Assembly (NCBI GenBank): GCA_900770385.1
Contig: CAAGKK010000016.1
Location: forward strand, 12,221 to 76,220
Reading direction: 5' to 3'
Origin: Clostridia bacterium
Lineage (GTDB): Bacteria > Bacillota > Clostridia > TANB77 > CAG-508
DNA length: 64,000 nucleotides
The first letter of the stretch is position 1. Each line of letters begins with the position of its first letter. Both the position numbers and the translations under genes were made by a program. Below the pieces are notes generated by a model that was not told the origin of the DNA, searched no databases, and saw only the letters and a program-made list of their open reading frames with translations. Below, piece after piece: positions 7,831 to 17,477 of this stretch.

Positions 7831-7849
7831 TTCATATAGCATAAAAACA

Positions 7850-7886
7850 CATAAGAGCTAGGACTATAAAAATCCTAGCTCTTATG
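7850..7886 (+). terminator. hairpin terminator
   Basis: cataagagctagga-loop-tcctagctcttatg is a 14-bp stem. The T tract is weak. Confidence 0.6.
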
Positions 7887-8173
7887 CTATTTGGTGATGC
7901 ACAATGCATATGTGCATAATTATTATACTACAATATTTTTAATTTGTAAAATAAAAAATATTTTTTTGTAATTTTTGGTATAAAAATGTCGGAAACCCTT
8001 ACGCAAATAAGAATTTTGTTTATCTTTTTTACATAATGTGTTGAAAAATAATTTAAAATGTTATATAATTGTAATATATGGTCATTTGGCAATGTTGAAG
8101 TACGCAAAACCCAGTTCCGTAAAGGGAAAAAATGGGGTTGGTGTAAAATAAATGTAACACAAAAAATAGCCTA

Positions 8174-8201
8174 TTGACTAATATTTAAAAAAATTTATAA
8201 T
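8174..8201 (+). promoter_or_regulatory. sigma-A-type promoter candidate for the adhesin gene
   Basis: TTGACT (8174-8179), 16-nt spacer, TATAAT (8196-8201). An 11-bp direct repeat ataatatatta occurs twice (8197-8207, 8210-8220). Confidence 0.4.
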
Positions 8202-8243
8202 ATATTAATATAATATATTAAATTATCCAAAGGGGTATGAGAA

Positions 8244-11200
8244 ATGAGAAAGAAAAGAATTTTAACTTTATCTGGAATTTTATTAGGAGTTTTAATGTGC
8301 TTTAACTTTAACAAAGTACAAGCAGTAGACTCCGTTTTTAGTGGTGCAAAGTTAACAAGGGAAACTTTATCAACAGTAGCACAGGCAAATGAACTAAATG
8401 AAATTAAATATCTTGGAATTTCTAAAATTAGGCAATCAGGAAAGTATTATCAATTAGATACTACAACAACAAATGAGGGTAAAAAAGTTTGGAAAATTAC
8501 TAGAAGAGATTCTGCAACTTCTACTACTCCAATTTACGATGAAATATATTATTGTGTAAATGCTACACAAGGATTTATTGGAAATGATAATAGAGTAATG
8601 GCAGAAGGAGCAATAGATGCATATCCAAATCAATATGTAATGAATAATACAAATAAAGATAAAATTTCAAGTCTTAGTGCAGGAGATCTAGGAACAAATT
8701 ATAACAAAGTACTTTGGATATTAGATAATTCATATATACCAGGTAAATCTACAGAAGAAGAAAAGAAAGCATTATTTACAAAAGTAATGCAATATATACA
8801 AAACAATGATGGATATAATAAATTAAATAATATTATATCTCACACACCAGCAAAAGAATTAATAGAAAGTAACATGATAAGCAAAGAAGATAACGACCTT
8901 AATATGACTGACGAAGAAATTGAAATTGCACAACAATTAGCTATATGGTACTTTACTAACACATCAGTTTCAGAATATCACAATACTAAAGGAACTATGA
9001 ACACAATTTATGTGGGAGAAAACAACAAATTAGCACAGTTAAGAACATCTGGCGGTGAATTCTATGTAGAAGATTTTCAAAGGAATTTTTATAGAGGAGC
9101 TTTTAGAGAATGGAAAATGAATGCGTTATTTATGTATTTAATAAATAATGCAAATGCTAATTATAGCAAAGAAGATGTTCCAACAGTTAGTTTAGATTCA
9201 ACAAATGTAATAGTAAGAGAAAGCGCAGATGGAGAAAACTTTATAGCAGGTCCATATAAATTAACAGGAACAAACAAAGAAAAACTAGAAAAAACATATG
9301 AATATAGAACTAATAAAGAAGGCGTTAAATTAGTAGATGAAAAAGAGAAAGAAATAAGCTATTGGTCTGATTATATTGATAAATCTTTCTATATAAGAAT
9401 ACCTAAGAGTCAAGTTACAGAAAAAAATACAAACATAAGCTTAACATTAACATACAAATATAATGATAGAACATTGACATTTTTAACAGATGAAGCAAAT
9501 GCCGATAAAACACAACCGGTTGTTAATGTAAAAGAAGGAGAAATAAGAAAAGATTTAACAACAAATTTAATGTTTAATATAACCGAAATTTCTGTAGAAA
9601 AGAAATGGGACGATTACAATAACCAAGATGGAATAAGACCAGCAACAGTAAAAGTACAATTACTTGAAGATGGAAAAGTAAAAGATACAGTAGAGCTAAG
9701 TAATGATAAATTAACTCATACATGGAATAAATTATTAGCAGATAAAACATATACAGTTGTGGAATTAGATGAAAAAGGACAACAAATTAATGGAATTGGA
9801 AAATATAATAATGCTTATTCAACAACATATGAGAATGATGGTGCAAAAACTATAATAATTAATCAACATACACCAGAAAAAATAAGTAAAACAGTAACAA
9901 AAGTATGGGATGATGCAAACAACCAAGATGGAAATAGACCAAAAGAAATATTTGTTACATTATATAAAGAAGTAAATGGAACAAAAACAGTAGTAGCAGG
10001 ACAAGAAAACATAAAAATAACACAAGGTGAAAATGGTGAATGGAAATATACATGGAATGATTTACCAAAATACGACAATGGAAAAGAAATAAAATATACA
10101 GTAGAAGAAACAGCAATAAATGGATATACACCTGCTTATAGTACAGATACATTTACAATAACAAACAAATATGTTCCAGGAACAGTTAGTAGAACAGTAA
10201 AAAAAGTATGGAGTGACAATAATAACCAAGATGGAATAAGACCAAATACAGTTACAGTACAATTATATGCAGATGGAATAGCAAAAGGAGAAGCAGTTAC
10301 TTTAAATAAAGAAAACAGTTGGACATATACTTGGACAGAACTACCAGAAAAACAAAATGGTACAACAATTAATTATGAAATAAAAGAAATAAAAATAGGA
10401 AATACAGAAGTTGTAGAAAACAAAGCAGGAGAATATACAGTTTCAAGTAGTGTATCTGAAGACAAAATTACAACAACAATAACAAATACTCATACACCAG
10501 CAACAGTAGGAAAAACAGTAAAAAAAGTATGGGATGATAAAGATAATTTAGCTAGACCTACAAGTGTAAAAGTACAATTATATGCAAATGGAACAGCAAA
10601 AGACAGTCCAGTTGAATTAAACAGTGAAAATGGCTGGTCATATACATGGACAAATTTAAATGAAAAACAAGAAGGAAAAACAATAGTATATACAGTAAAA
10701 GAAATTCCTGTAAATGGATATGAAGCAAGTTACAGTGCAGAAAGCTTTGAAAATACAGACACTATTATAATTACAAATAAATATATTTCAATAGATTTTA
10801 GTTTAAGAAAATTTATTACAGCAGTTAATGACACAGAATTAAAATCAGAAGATGGAAAATATTTAAGAGAACCTAAAGTAGATCAAACAGTAATAGGAAC
10901 AAAGGATGCTAGTGGAAACACTATAACAACAGCAATATATAAGCATACAAAAGAACCTATTGCAGTACAAAAAGGAGATACTGTTACATATACAATTAGA
11001 GTATACAACGAAGGTGAAACAGATGGATATGTATCAAAAATAACAGATCATTTACCAGAATGGTTAGAATTTTTACCAGATGATGAATTAAACAAGAAAT
11101 ATTTATGGACTCAAGATACAAATAATAATAGAACAATAACAACAGATATTGCATCAAAAGGAAAAGTTACAGGAGAAGAAATATATTCTCAAAGAGAAAA

Positions 11201-13349
11201 TAAACAAATGTTATCTAAGTATAACAAATCTGGAGATTTAGACTTTATAGATGTACAAATAAAATGTAAAGTAAAAGACACTGTAGTAAATGAACAACTT
11301 ATAACAAATATAGCAGACATATCTGGAATGCAAAATAAAAACGGAGAAGATATCGAAAAAGATATAGATTCTGCAAAAGATAATGTACAACTTCCAACAG
11401 ATGCAGAATTACCAAACTATAAAGGTAAAACTACAAATAAAGATGACTTAACAGATAAAGAATATTACTATGCTGGTCAAGAAGATGATGATGATTTTGA
11501 AAAATTAATTGTTAAAAACTTTGATTTAAGTTTAAGAAAATTTATTATTGCAGTTAACAATACAGAATTAAAATCAGACATAATAGATGGTAGCAAATAT
11601 ACAAGAGAACCAGAAGTAGATGCATCAAAATTAGGAACAAAAGATGCTAATGGAAACATTATAACAACAGCAACATATACTCATCCTAAAACACCAGTAC
11701 AAGTTAAAAAAGGTGATAAAGTTATATATATTATTAGAGTATATAATGAAGGAAGTTTAGCAGGATATGCTACAAAAATTATAGAAAATGTACCAGAAGG
11801 ACTAACTTTTGTAGAAAACAGTGAAACAAATAAAAAATATAGCTGGAAAGTTGAAGATGGAAAATTAACAACAGATTATCTTGCAGATAAAATAATAAAC
11901 CCAGTTTCAGTTGTAGAAACAACAGGTAATAAAAACCTAGATTATAAAGATATAGAAGTAGAATTTGAAGTTACAGCAGAACCTTCAAAGTTTGCAGGAA
12001 AGCTTATTACAAACTGGGCAGAAATTGGTGAAGATAGCAATAATGACATTGATTCTACACCAGGAAATGATGTAAAAACAGAAGATGATATAGACTACGA
12101 ACCATTAGAATTAACATATTTTGATTTAGTTTTAAGAAAATTTATTACTAATGTAAATGGTACAGAATATAATAACAGAGTTCCAGAAGTTGATACTTCA
12201 AAACTAGGAACTGTAGACCCAATAACAGGTGAAAAAATAACAACAGCAACATATACACATACAAAAGATCCAGTTATTGTAGAAACAGGAAGTACAGTAA
12301 TTTATACAATTAGAGTATATAATGAAGGAACAGCAGATGGATATGCAAATGAAATAACAGATGATATACCAGATGGACTAGAATTCTTACCAGAACATGA
12401 AGTAAACTCTGGAAAAGATGGTTACAAATGGGTAATGCTAGATGAAGAAGGAAAAATTACTCAAGATGTTTCAAAGGCTAAAAAAATTACTACAAATTAT
12501 TTATCTGAAAATAATGATCCAACAAAAGTTCTAAGTGGATATAAAGAAGAAAATGGAGCAAAAACATTATCTTACCAAGATGTAAAAGTTGCATTTAAAG
12601 TAATAGAGCCAAAGAATTCTAAGAGAATAGTAATAAATACAGCAGAAATCTCTAAAGCTAGCATGGAGGATATAGATTCAATACCAGGAAATAGCAAAAT
12701 AGAAGAAGATGATATAGACAATGAATATTTAAGAGTAGAAACATTTGACTTAGCACTTAAAAAATGGGTAACAGAAACAAGAGTTACTTATAAAGGAAAA
12801 ACAACCACAACAAAAACAGGATTCACAGCAGATTCGACAGAAATGGCAAAGGTTGATATTGTTGCATCAAGATTAAAATCAACAACAGTTAAATTTGTAT
12901 ACAATATACAAATAATAAATGAAGGTCAAGTAGCAGGAACAGCAACAGAAATAAAAGATTATGTACCATCAGGATTAAAATTCGAAGAAGAAGATAACGC
13001 AGGATGGGTATATGATAAAAAAGATGATTCAGTTACTACTACACAACTAAAAGATAAAGTAATAGAACCAGGAAAAAGTGAAACAGTTCAAATAGTTTTA
13101 ACTTGGAAAAACTCAACAACAAACATGGGAGTAAAAACAAACTGGGCAGAAATAAGTGCAGACAATGGAGATGATGTTGACTCAACACCTAATAACTTTG
13201 ATAAATTAGAAGATGATATAGACGATGCAAAAGTAATACTATCAATTAAAACAGGTAGTGCAAAATTATATATAGCATTAGCAGTAATTTCTATAGCAAT
13301 ATTAGGCGGAGGAACATTTGCAATAAAAAAATATGTAATTGACAAATAA
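8244..13349 (+). CDS. large surface adhesin: thioester domain + 4 CnaB-type + 4 DUF11-type repeats
   Basis: Signal peptide (..NKVQA). Thioester motifs YYC(104)VN and AQQ(231)LAIW. CnaB repeats (KVWDDxNNQDGxRP) at about nt 9588-10790. DUF11/TIGR01451-like modules begin at nt 10794, 11520, 12120 and 12744 (YTIRVYNEG..GY...D.LPEGLEF). C-terminal TM + KKY tail. Confidence 0.8.
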   Translation: MRKKRILTLSGILLGVLMCFNFNKVQAVDSVFSGAKLTRETLSTVAQANELNEIKYLGISKIRQSGKYYQLDTTTTNEGKKVWKITRRDSATSTTPIYDEIYYCVNATQGFIGNDNRVMAEGAIDAYPNQYVMNNTNKDKISSLSAGDLGTNYNKVLWILDNSYIPGKSTEEEKKALFTKVMQYIQNNDGYNKLNNIISHTPAKELIESNMISKEDNDLNMTDEEIEIAQQLAIWYFTNTSVSEYHNTKGTMNTIYVGENNKLAQLRTSGGEFYVEDFQRNFYRGAFREWKMNALFMYLINNANANYSKEDVPTVSLDSTNVIVRESADGENFIAGPYKLTGTNKEKLEKTYEYRTNKEGVKLVDEKEKEISYWSDYIDKSFYIRIPKSQVTEKNTNISLTLTYKYNDRTLTFLTDEANADKTQPVVNVKEGEIRKDLTTNLMFNITEISVEKKWDDYNNQDGIRPATVKVQLLEDGKVKDTVELSNDKLTHTWNKLLADKTYTVVELDEKGQQINGIGKYNNAYSTTYENDGAKTIIINQHTPEKISKTVTKVWDDANNQDGNRPKEIFVTLYKEVNGTKTVVAGQENIKITQGENGEWKYTWNDLPKYDNGKEIKYTVEETAINGYTPAYSTDTFTITNKYVPGTVSRTVKKVWSDNNNQDGIRPNTVTVQLYADGIAKGEAVTLNKENSWTYTWTELPEKQNGTTINYEIKEIKIGNTEVVENKAGEYTVSSSVSEDKITTTITNTHTPATVGKTVKKVWDDKDNLARPTSVKVQLYANGTAKDSPVELNSENGWSYTWTNLNEKQEGKTIVYTVKEIPVNGYEASYSAESFENTDTIIITNKYISIDFSLRKFITAVNDTELKSEDGKYLREPKVDQTVIGTKDASGNTITTAIYKHTKEPIAVQKGDTVTYTIRVYNEGETDGYVSKITDHLPEWLEFLPDDELNKKYLWTQDTNNNRTITTDIASKGKVTGEEIYSQRENKQMLSKYNKSGDLDFIDVQIKCKVKDTVVNEQLITNIADISGMQNKNGEDIEKDIDSAKDNVQLPTDAELPNYKGKTTNKDDLTDKEYYYAGQEDDDDFEKLIVKNFDLSLRKFIIAVNNTELKSDIIDGSKYTREPEVDASKLGTKDANGNIITTATYTHPKTPVQVKKGDKVIYIIRVYNEGSLAGYATKIIENVPEGLTFVENSETNKKYSWKVEDGKLTTDYLADKIINPVSVVETTGNKNLDYKDIEVEFEVTAEPSKFAGKLITNWAEIGEDSNNDIDSTPGNDVKTEDDIDYEPLELTYFDLVLRKFITNVNGTEYNNRVPEVDTSKLGTVDPITGEKITTATYTHTKDPVIVETGSTVIYTIRVYNEGTADGYANEITDDIPDGLEFLPEHEVNSGKDGYKWVMLDEEGKITQDVSKAKKITTNYLSENNDPTKVLSGYKEENGAKTLSYQDVKVAFKVIEPKNSKRIVINTAEISKASMEDIDSIPGNSKIEEDDIDNEYLRVETFDLALKKWVTETRVTYKGKTTTTKTGFTADSTEMAKVDIVASRLKSTTVKFVYNIQIINEGQVAGTATEIKDYVPSGLKFEEEDNAGWVYDKKDDSVTTTQLKDKVIEPGKSETVQIVLTWKNSTTNMGVKTNWAEISADNGDDVDSTPNNFDKLEDDIDDAKVILSIKTGSAKLYIALAVISIAILGGGTFAIKKYVIDK

Positions 13350-13368
13350 AGTTAAACATATATGAAAA

Positions 13369-13398
13369 TTAGCAGACATAAAGTCTGCTAATTTTTTT
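13369..13398 (+). terminator. rho-independent terminator
   Basis: ttagcagac-ataaa-gtctgctaa followed by ttttttt. Confidence 0.85.
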
Positions 13399-13404
13399 AT
13401 AGTA

Positions 13405-13716
13405 TTGTCCGTGCGAAAAAACACAATGAATAATGAAGAATTAATAATTAAAAATGAATAATTTATAGAAATTCAGACTATTTTGAGACTTTTTTGAAAA
13501 ATTAGGGCCCGACAGCCCTTTGAGGCATACGGATTACCCATTGTCTTGGAGGGTCTAATTTGGAGAGAAAGTGCTCAAAATGTAGGCTGAAAAATTTATA
13601 TAGCTATTTCTTTGTAGTAGCTACGGGCGGACACGGGGTTCCGCCCCTACATATATATTATTTATTCTTCATTATTCACTATTAATTAAATTACCTGTAG
13701 GGGCGGACGACTCTAC
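13405..13716 (-). repeat. composite intergenic repeat, inverted orientation, plus an extra truncated + oriented unit
   Basis: Reverse-complement AT arms (aatgaataatgaagaattaataattaaaaatgaataat). Core at 13472-13591. Hairpin ctacgggcggacacggggttccgcccctac (13621-13650). A + oriented unit tattcactattaattaaattacctgtaggggcggacgactctac follows. Confidence 0.85.
13472..13591 (-). repeat. 120-nt core, inverted copy
   Basis: The reverse complement matches 5457-5576 except for a few substitutions (ctttctCtcc; acaaTGGGtaat). Confidence 0.85.
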
Positions 13717-13802
13717 AAAATTTTAAAAATATATATTAATTTCTTGATAAAATGGCATTATTAATATATAATAGTTATGTTATAAATGGGAGGCATATAT
13801 TT

Positions 13803-14453
13803 ATGAAAGAAGAAACAAAAGCAAAGATAAAAGATATTTTTGAATGGATATATTGTATAGTAATTGCAGTTGTACTTGCATTATTAATTAAGTACTATGT
13901 AGGTACTCCAACAGTTGTAAAAATGTCATCTATGTATCCAACATTCAAACAAAATGAGAGATTAATATTAAACAGAATTTATAGAACAATGCATACAACT
14001 CCAAAAAGAGGAGAAGTTATTACTTTTGAATCTCCAAGTGTTACATTTGCAGATTCTGAAAATGCAGATTTAGAAAATCCTGTTGCTAAATATGAAAATG
14101 AGCCAGAAGGATGGTTTGCTAAGTTTGTATACCATGTACTAGAAATTAATAAAACAAGTTATATAAAAAGAGTAATAGCTTTACCAGGAGAGCATTTAGA
14201 AATTAAAAATAACAAGGTTTATATAAATGGAGAAGAACTAAAAGAAGAATATCTTGCAGATGATGTTATAACAGATTCTACAGAAGGAGCTTATATTGAT
14301 TTAGTAGTTCCAGAAGGAACAGTTTTTGTTATGGGAGATAATAGACAACATAGTGGAGATTCTAGAAGATTTGGCTGTGTGCCATTTGATAAAATAGAAA
14401 GTAAAGTATGCTTTAGATTTTGGCCTTTAAATAGATTTGGAGTAATAAAATAA
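13803..14453 (+). CDS. lepB: signal peptidase I
   Basis: Motifs SMYPTF (catalytic Ser), K-box RVIALPGE and GDNRQHSGDSRRFG. Start moved to the ATG at 13803, preceded by gggagg. Confidence 0.85.
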   Translation: MKEETKAKIKDIFEWIYCIVIAVVLALLIKYYVGTPTVVKMSSMYPTFKQNERLILNRIYRTMHTTPKRGEVITFESPSVTFADSENADLENPVAKYENEPEGWFAKFVYHVLEINKTSYIKRVIALPGEHLEIKNNKVYINGEELKEEYLADDVITDSTEGAYIDLVVPEGTVFVMGDNRQHSGDSRRFGCVPFDKIESKVCFRFWPLNRFGVIK

Positions 14454-14470
14454 GATTAAGGAAAATAAGT

Positions 14471-15355
14471 ATGTTTGAAAATTTAATAGGTAATGAAAAA
14501 ACAAAACAAGATTTGAAAACAGTATTACAAAACAATAAAGTTTCACATAGTTATATGTTTATAGGAGATAAAGGAATTGGCAAATATCAATTTGCAAAAG
14601 AATTTGCAAAAGGTATATTATGTTTAAACGAAGAAAAACCATGTGGAAGTTGCAAATCTTGTATAGAATTTAACAACAACAATAATCCAGATTATAAATA
14701 TATAGGTTTAGAAGATGAATCTAGCATAAAAATAGAAGCTATTAGAAAAATGCAAGAAAAAGTTCAAGAATTACCTATTGTATCTAGTAAAAAAGTTTAT
14801 ATTATAGATGATAGCGAATATATGACAAAAGAAGCGCAAAATTGTTTATTAAAAACAATAGAAGAGCCGCCAGAATTTGTAACAGTAATATTAATAACAT
14901 CAAATGAGAATAAAATATTAAATACTATAAAATCAAGGTGTTTGAAAATATATTTTAGTAATATAAATAATAACGAGTTAAAACAATTTTTAATGGACAA
15001 ATATAAAATAAATAATATATCAGAAAACATGTTGAGAGCTTATAATGGAAGTATTGGAAAAGCACTTAAAATACATGAAAATGAAGAATTATACAAGCAA
15101 ATAGAAGCGGTATTTAATAATATTGAAAACTATAATATAATTACAGCAATAAAAAATTTAGAAGTTTTGTATAAAGCAAAAGAAAACATAAATGAGTTGT
15201 TAGATTATATAAATGTACTGTTAATATATAAAGCAAAAGATAATGTTAAATATGTAGATTATATAAAAGAAGTAGAGAATACAAAAAGAAAATTAAATTC
15301 AAATTGTAATTACGATATGAGCATAGATTCATTATTATTTAAAATTTGGCAATAA
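14471..15355 (+). CDS. holB: DNA polymerase III subunit delta'
   Basis: HSYMFIGDKGIGK Walker-like loop and zinc module CGSCKSC. Followed by yaaT, as in Bacillus. Confidence 0.8.
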   Translation: MFENLIGNEKTKQDLKTVLQNNKVSHSYMFIGDKGIGKYQFAKEFAKGILCLNEEKPCGSCKSCIEFNNNNNPDYKYIGLEDESSIKIEAIRKMQEKVQELPIVSSKKVYIIDDSEYMTKEAQNCLLKTIEEPPEFVTVILITSNENKILNTIKSRCLKIYFSNINNNELKQFLMDKYKINNISENMLRAYNGSIGKALKIHENEELYKQIEAVFNNIENYNIITAIKNLEVLYKAKENINELLDYINVLLIYKAKDNVKYVDYIKEVENTKRKLNSNCNYDMSIDSLLFKIWQ

Positions 15356-15366
15356 GGAGGAAAATA

Positions 15367-16239
15367 TTGAACAGAGAAATTATAGGAGTAAAATTTAAAA
15401 AATTAGGTAAAATATATTTCTTTGATCCTAAAAAAGAAAAACTTAATAGAGGAGATTTAGTAATAGTAGAAACAGCAAATGGAATAGAATTTGCCGAAGT
15501 TGTAGTAGCAAATAAAGAAATGCCAGAAGAAAAATTAGTAAATCCACTAAAATCAATAATTAGAAAAGCGAATTATAAAGATATAAAACATAATGAAGAA
15601 AACAAGAAAAAAGAAAAAGAGGCATTTAAAAAAGCAGAAGAATTAATAAAACAACATAATTTAAACATGAATTTAACAGAGGTTGAATATACATTTGATA
15701 ATAGCAAATTATTATTCTATTTTACAGCAGATGGTAGAATTGATTTTAGAGATTTAGTAAAAGACTTAGCTGCTATATATAAAACTAGAATAGAATTAAG
15801 ACAAATAGGGGTTAGAGATCAAGTTAGAAAAATTGGAGGAAATGGTGTTTGCGGTAGAGAATTATGCTGTTGCACATTTTTAGATAATTTTGATTCTGTA
15901 TCAATAAAAATGGCAAAAGAACAAAATATAGCATTAACACCATCTAAAATTTCTGGAAATTGTGGTAGACTTATGTGCTGCTTAAAATATGAGCAAGAAG
16001 TATATGAAGAAAAACTTTCAAGACTTCCAAAAGTTGGAGCAATAGTTAAAGTAGAAGATGAGGGAGAAGGAATAGTAGACTCTATAGAGATTTTAAAAGA
16101 AAAAATAAGAGTAAAATTTAAAGATAAAGATGGTTTTTACTATAGAAAATACGATGCAAAAGATGTAAAAATTATTAAAGATGTAGAAGACAAAAATGAA
16201 GACATAGAAGATGAAGAATTAAAAAAATTAGAAGAATAA
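15367..16239 (+). CDS. yaaT: PSP1-domain stage 0 sporulation protein YaaT/RicT
   Basis: Cys clusters GVCGRELCCCTFL and GNCGRLMCCLKYE. Start placed at TTG 15367, 7 nt after AAGGAGG. The ORF-track ATG at 15346 overlaps holB and lacks an RBS. Confidence 0.8.
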   Translation: MNREIIGVKFKKLGKIYFFDPKKEKLNRGDLVIVETANGIEFAEVVVANKEMPEEKLVNPLKSIIRKANYKDIKHNEENKKKEKEAFKKAEELIKQHNLNMNLTEVEYTFDNSKLLFYFTADGRIDFRDLVKDLAAIYKTRIELRQIGVRDQVRKIGGNGVCGRELCCCTFLDNFDSVSIKMAKEQNIALTPSKISGNCGRLMCCLKYEQEVYEEKLSRLPKVGAIVKVEDEGEGIVDSIEILKEKIRVKFKDKDGFYYRKYDAKDVKIIKDVEDKNEDIEDEELKKLEE

Positions 16240-16259
16240 AATGAAAGAAGGTGAAAAAA

Positions 16260-16430
16260 ATGGCTTATAAAATAACAGATGCTTGTATATCTTGTGGAGC
16301 ATGTGCATCAGCATGTCCTGTAGAATGCATAAAACAAGGAGATTCTAAATACGAAATAAATCAAGATGCTTGTATATCTTGTGGAACTTGTAGTAGTGTT
16401 TGCCCAGTAGAAGCTCCAGTTGAGGAATAA
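16260..16430 (+). CDS. fdx: clostridial-type 2x[4Fe-4S] ferredoxin (56 aa, below ORF-track cutoff)
   Basis: Hand translation: MAYKITDACISCGACASACPVECIKQGDSKYEINQDACISCGTCSSVCPVEAPVEE. Two CxxCxxCxxxCP motifs. RBS gaaggtg. Confidence 0.85.
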   Translation: MAYKITDACISCGACASACPVECIKQGDSKYEINQDACISCGTCSSVCPVEAPVEE

Positions 16431-16436
16431 GAATTT

Positions 16437-16468
16437 AAAGCTGGTGGATATATATCCACCAGCTTTTT
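16437..16468 (+). terminator. rho-independent terminator
   Basis: aaagctggtggata-ta-tatccaccagcttt, with the T run continuing. Confidence 0.85.
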
Positions 16469-16488
16469 ATATAGTAGAAAATTTCTTT

Positions 16489-16518
16489 CTACGGGCGGAC
16501 ACAGGGTTTCGCCCCTAC
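16489..16518 (-). repeat. solo REP-like hairpin unit between convergent genes
   Basis: ctacgggcggacacagggtttcgcccctac followed by atatatattatt (reverse-oriented A-unit). Confidence 0.75.
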
Positions 16519-16525
16519 ATATATA

Positions 16526-17476
16526 TTATTTGTTTGTTAATTCCTCTAAATCTAATAATTCTTGCCATCTTTTATCTACTTCTTTTTGGAATTCTTCTAT
16601 CATCCATTCATTTCCAGGTTTAAACATGTGTTTAAATCTTTTTTGTGGTCTTAAAAATTCTTCAACAGGAAGTTTTTTTGCTGGCTTATATGTTATTTTA
16701 TATTTTCCATCTTCTACTTCATATAATGGCCAATAACATGTGTCTACAGCTAGTTTATTTATTTTCATTAAATCATCTGTTGAATATCCCCATCCTCTTG
16801 GGCATGGAGCAAGTACATTTAAGAAACAAGCGCCTTTGGTATATATAGCTTTTTCTGATTTTTCGTACAAATCTTTAAAGTTTGTCATAGCAGCTGTTTG
16901 AGCAACATAAGGTAAATGATGCCCAGCCATTACTTTAGTTAAATCTTTTCTTATTTGCATTTTACCAGGAATTACACTTCCGGCAGGAGAGGTTGTTGTA
17001 TCTGCAAAATGAGGTGTTGCAGAAGATCTTTGTATGCCGGTATTCATATATGCACCATTATCGTAACATACATAAACCATATCATGACCTCTTTCCATTG
17101 CACCAGAAAGACTTTGTAATCCTATATCATAAGTTCCACCATCACCACCAAATGCAATAAATTTTGTATTTTCATCTTTTGGTAGTTTTCCTTGTTTTTT
17201 TAATGAAACATAAGCAGCTTCCGCACCAGATAATGTAGCTCCAGCACATTCAAAAGCTGTATGTATAAAAGAATCTGTCCAAGCAGTATAAGGATAAATA
17301 AATGTAGAAACTTCCATACATCCTGTTGCATTACAGATAACTGCATGGTCATCTTCATGTAATGCACGAAGCACCATTCTTCCAACAACAGGTGCACCAC
17401 AACCTGCACACATTCTATGTCCTGCTGTGAATCTAGAAGGTTTATTTGCTATTACTTCTTTTAAATTATAAGGCAT
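16526..17476 (-). CDS. porB: 2-oxoacid:ferredoxin oxidoreductase beta subunit (TPP-binding)
   Basis: GGDGGTYDIG TPP motif and N-terminal Cys cluster CAGCG. Start moved to ATG 17476 (MPYNLKEV), 9 nt after GGGAGG and 2 nt after the porA stop. Confidence 0.85.
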   Translation of the reverse strand: MPYNLKEVIANKPSRFTAGHRMCAGCGAPVVGRMVLRALHEDDHAVICNATGCMEVSTFIYPYTAWTDSFIHTAFECAGATLSGAEAAYVSLKKQGKLPKDENTKFIAFGGDGGTYDIGLQSLSGAMERGHDMVYVCYDNGAYMNTGIQRSSATPHFADTTTSPAGSVIPGKMQIRKDLTKVMAGHHLPYVAQTAAMTNFKDLYEKSEKAIYTKGACFLNVLAPCPRGWGYSTDDLMKINKLAVDTCYWPLYEVEDGKYKITYKPAKKLPVEEFLRPQKRFKHMFKPGNEWMIEEFQKEVDKRWQELLDLEELTNK

Positions 17477-17477
17477 A

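Noticed and set aside
8197-8220. 11-bp direct repeat ataatatatta x2 overlapping the adhesin -10 region as a regulator-binding site
   Set aside because: It is pure A/T sequence in ~27% GC DNA, so chance recurrence is plausible. It is kept only as a note in the promoter feature.
16420-16848. Plus-strand ORFs 16420..16623, 16530..16736 and 16645..16848
   Set aside because: They start in the terminator/REP hairpin region and run antisense through porB. They have no RBS and a hydrophobic low-complexity composition.
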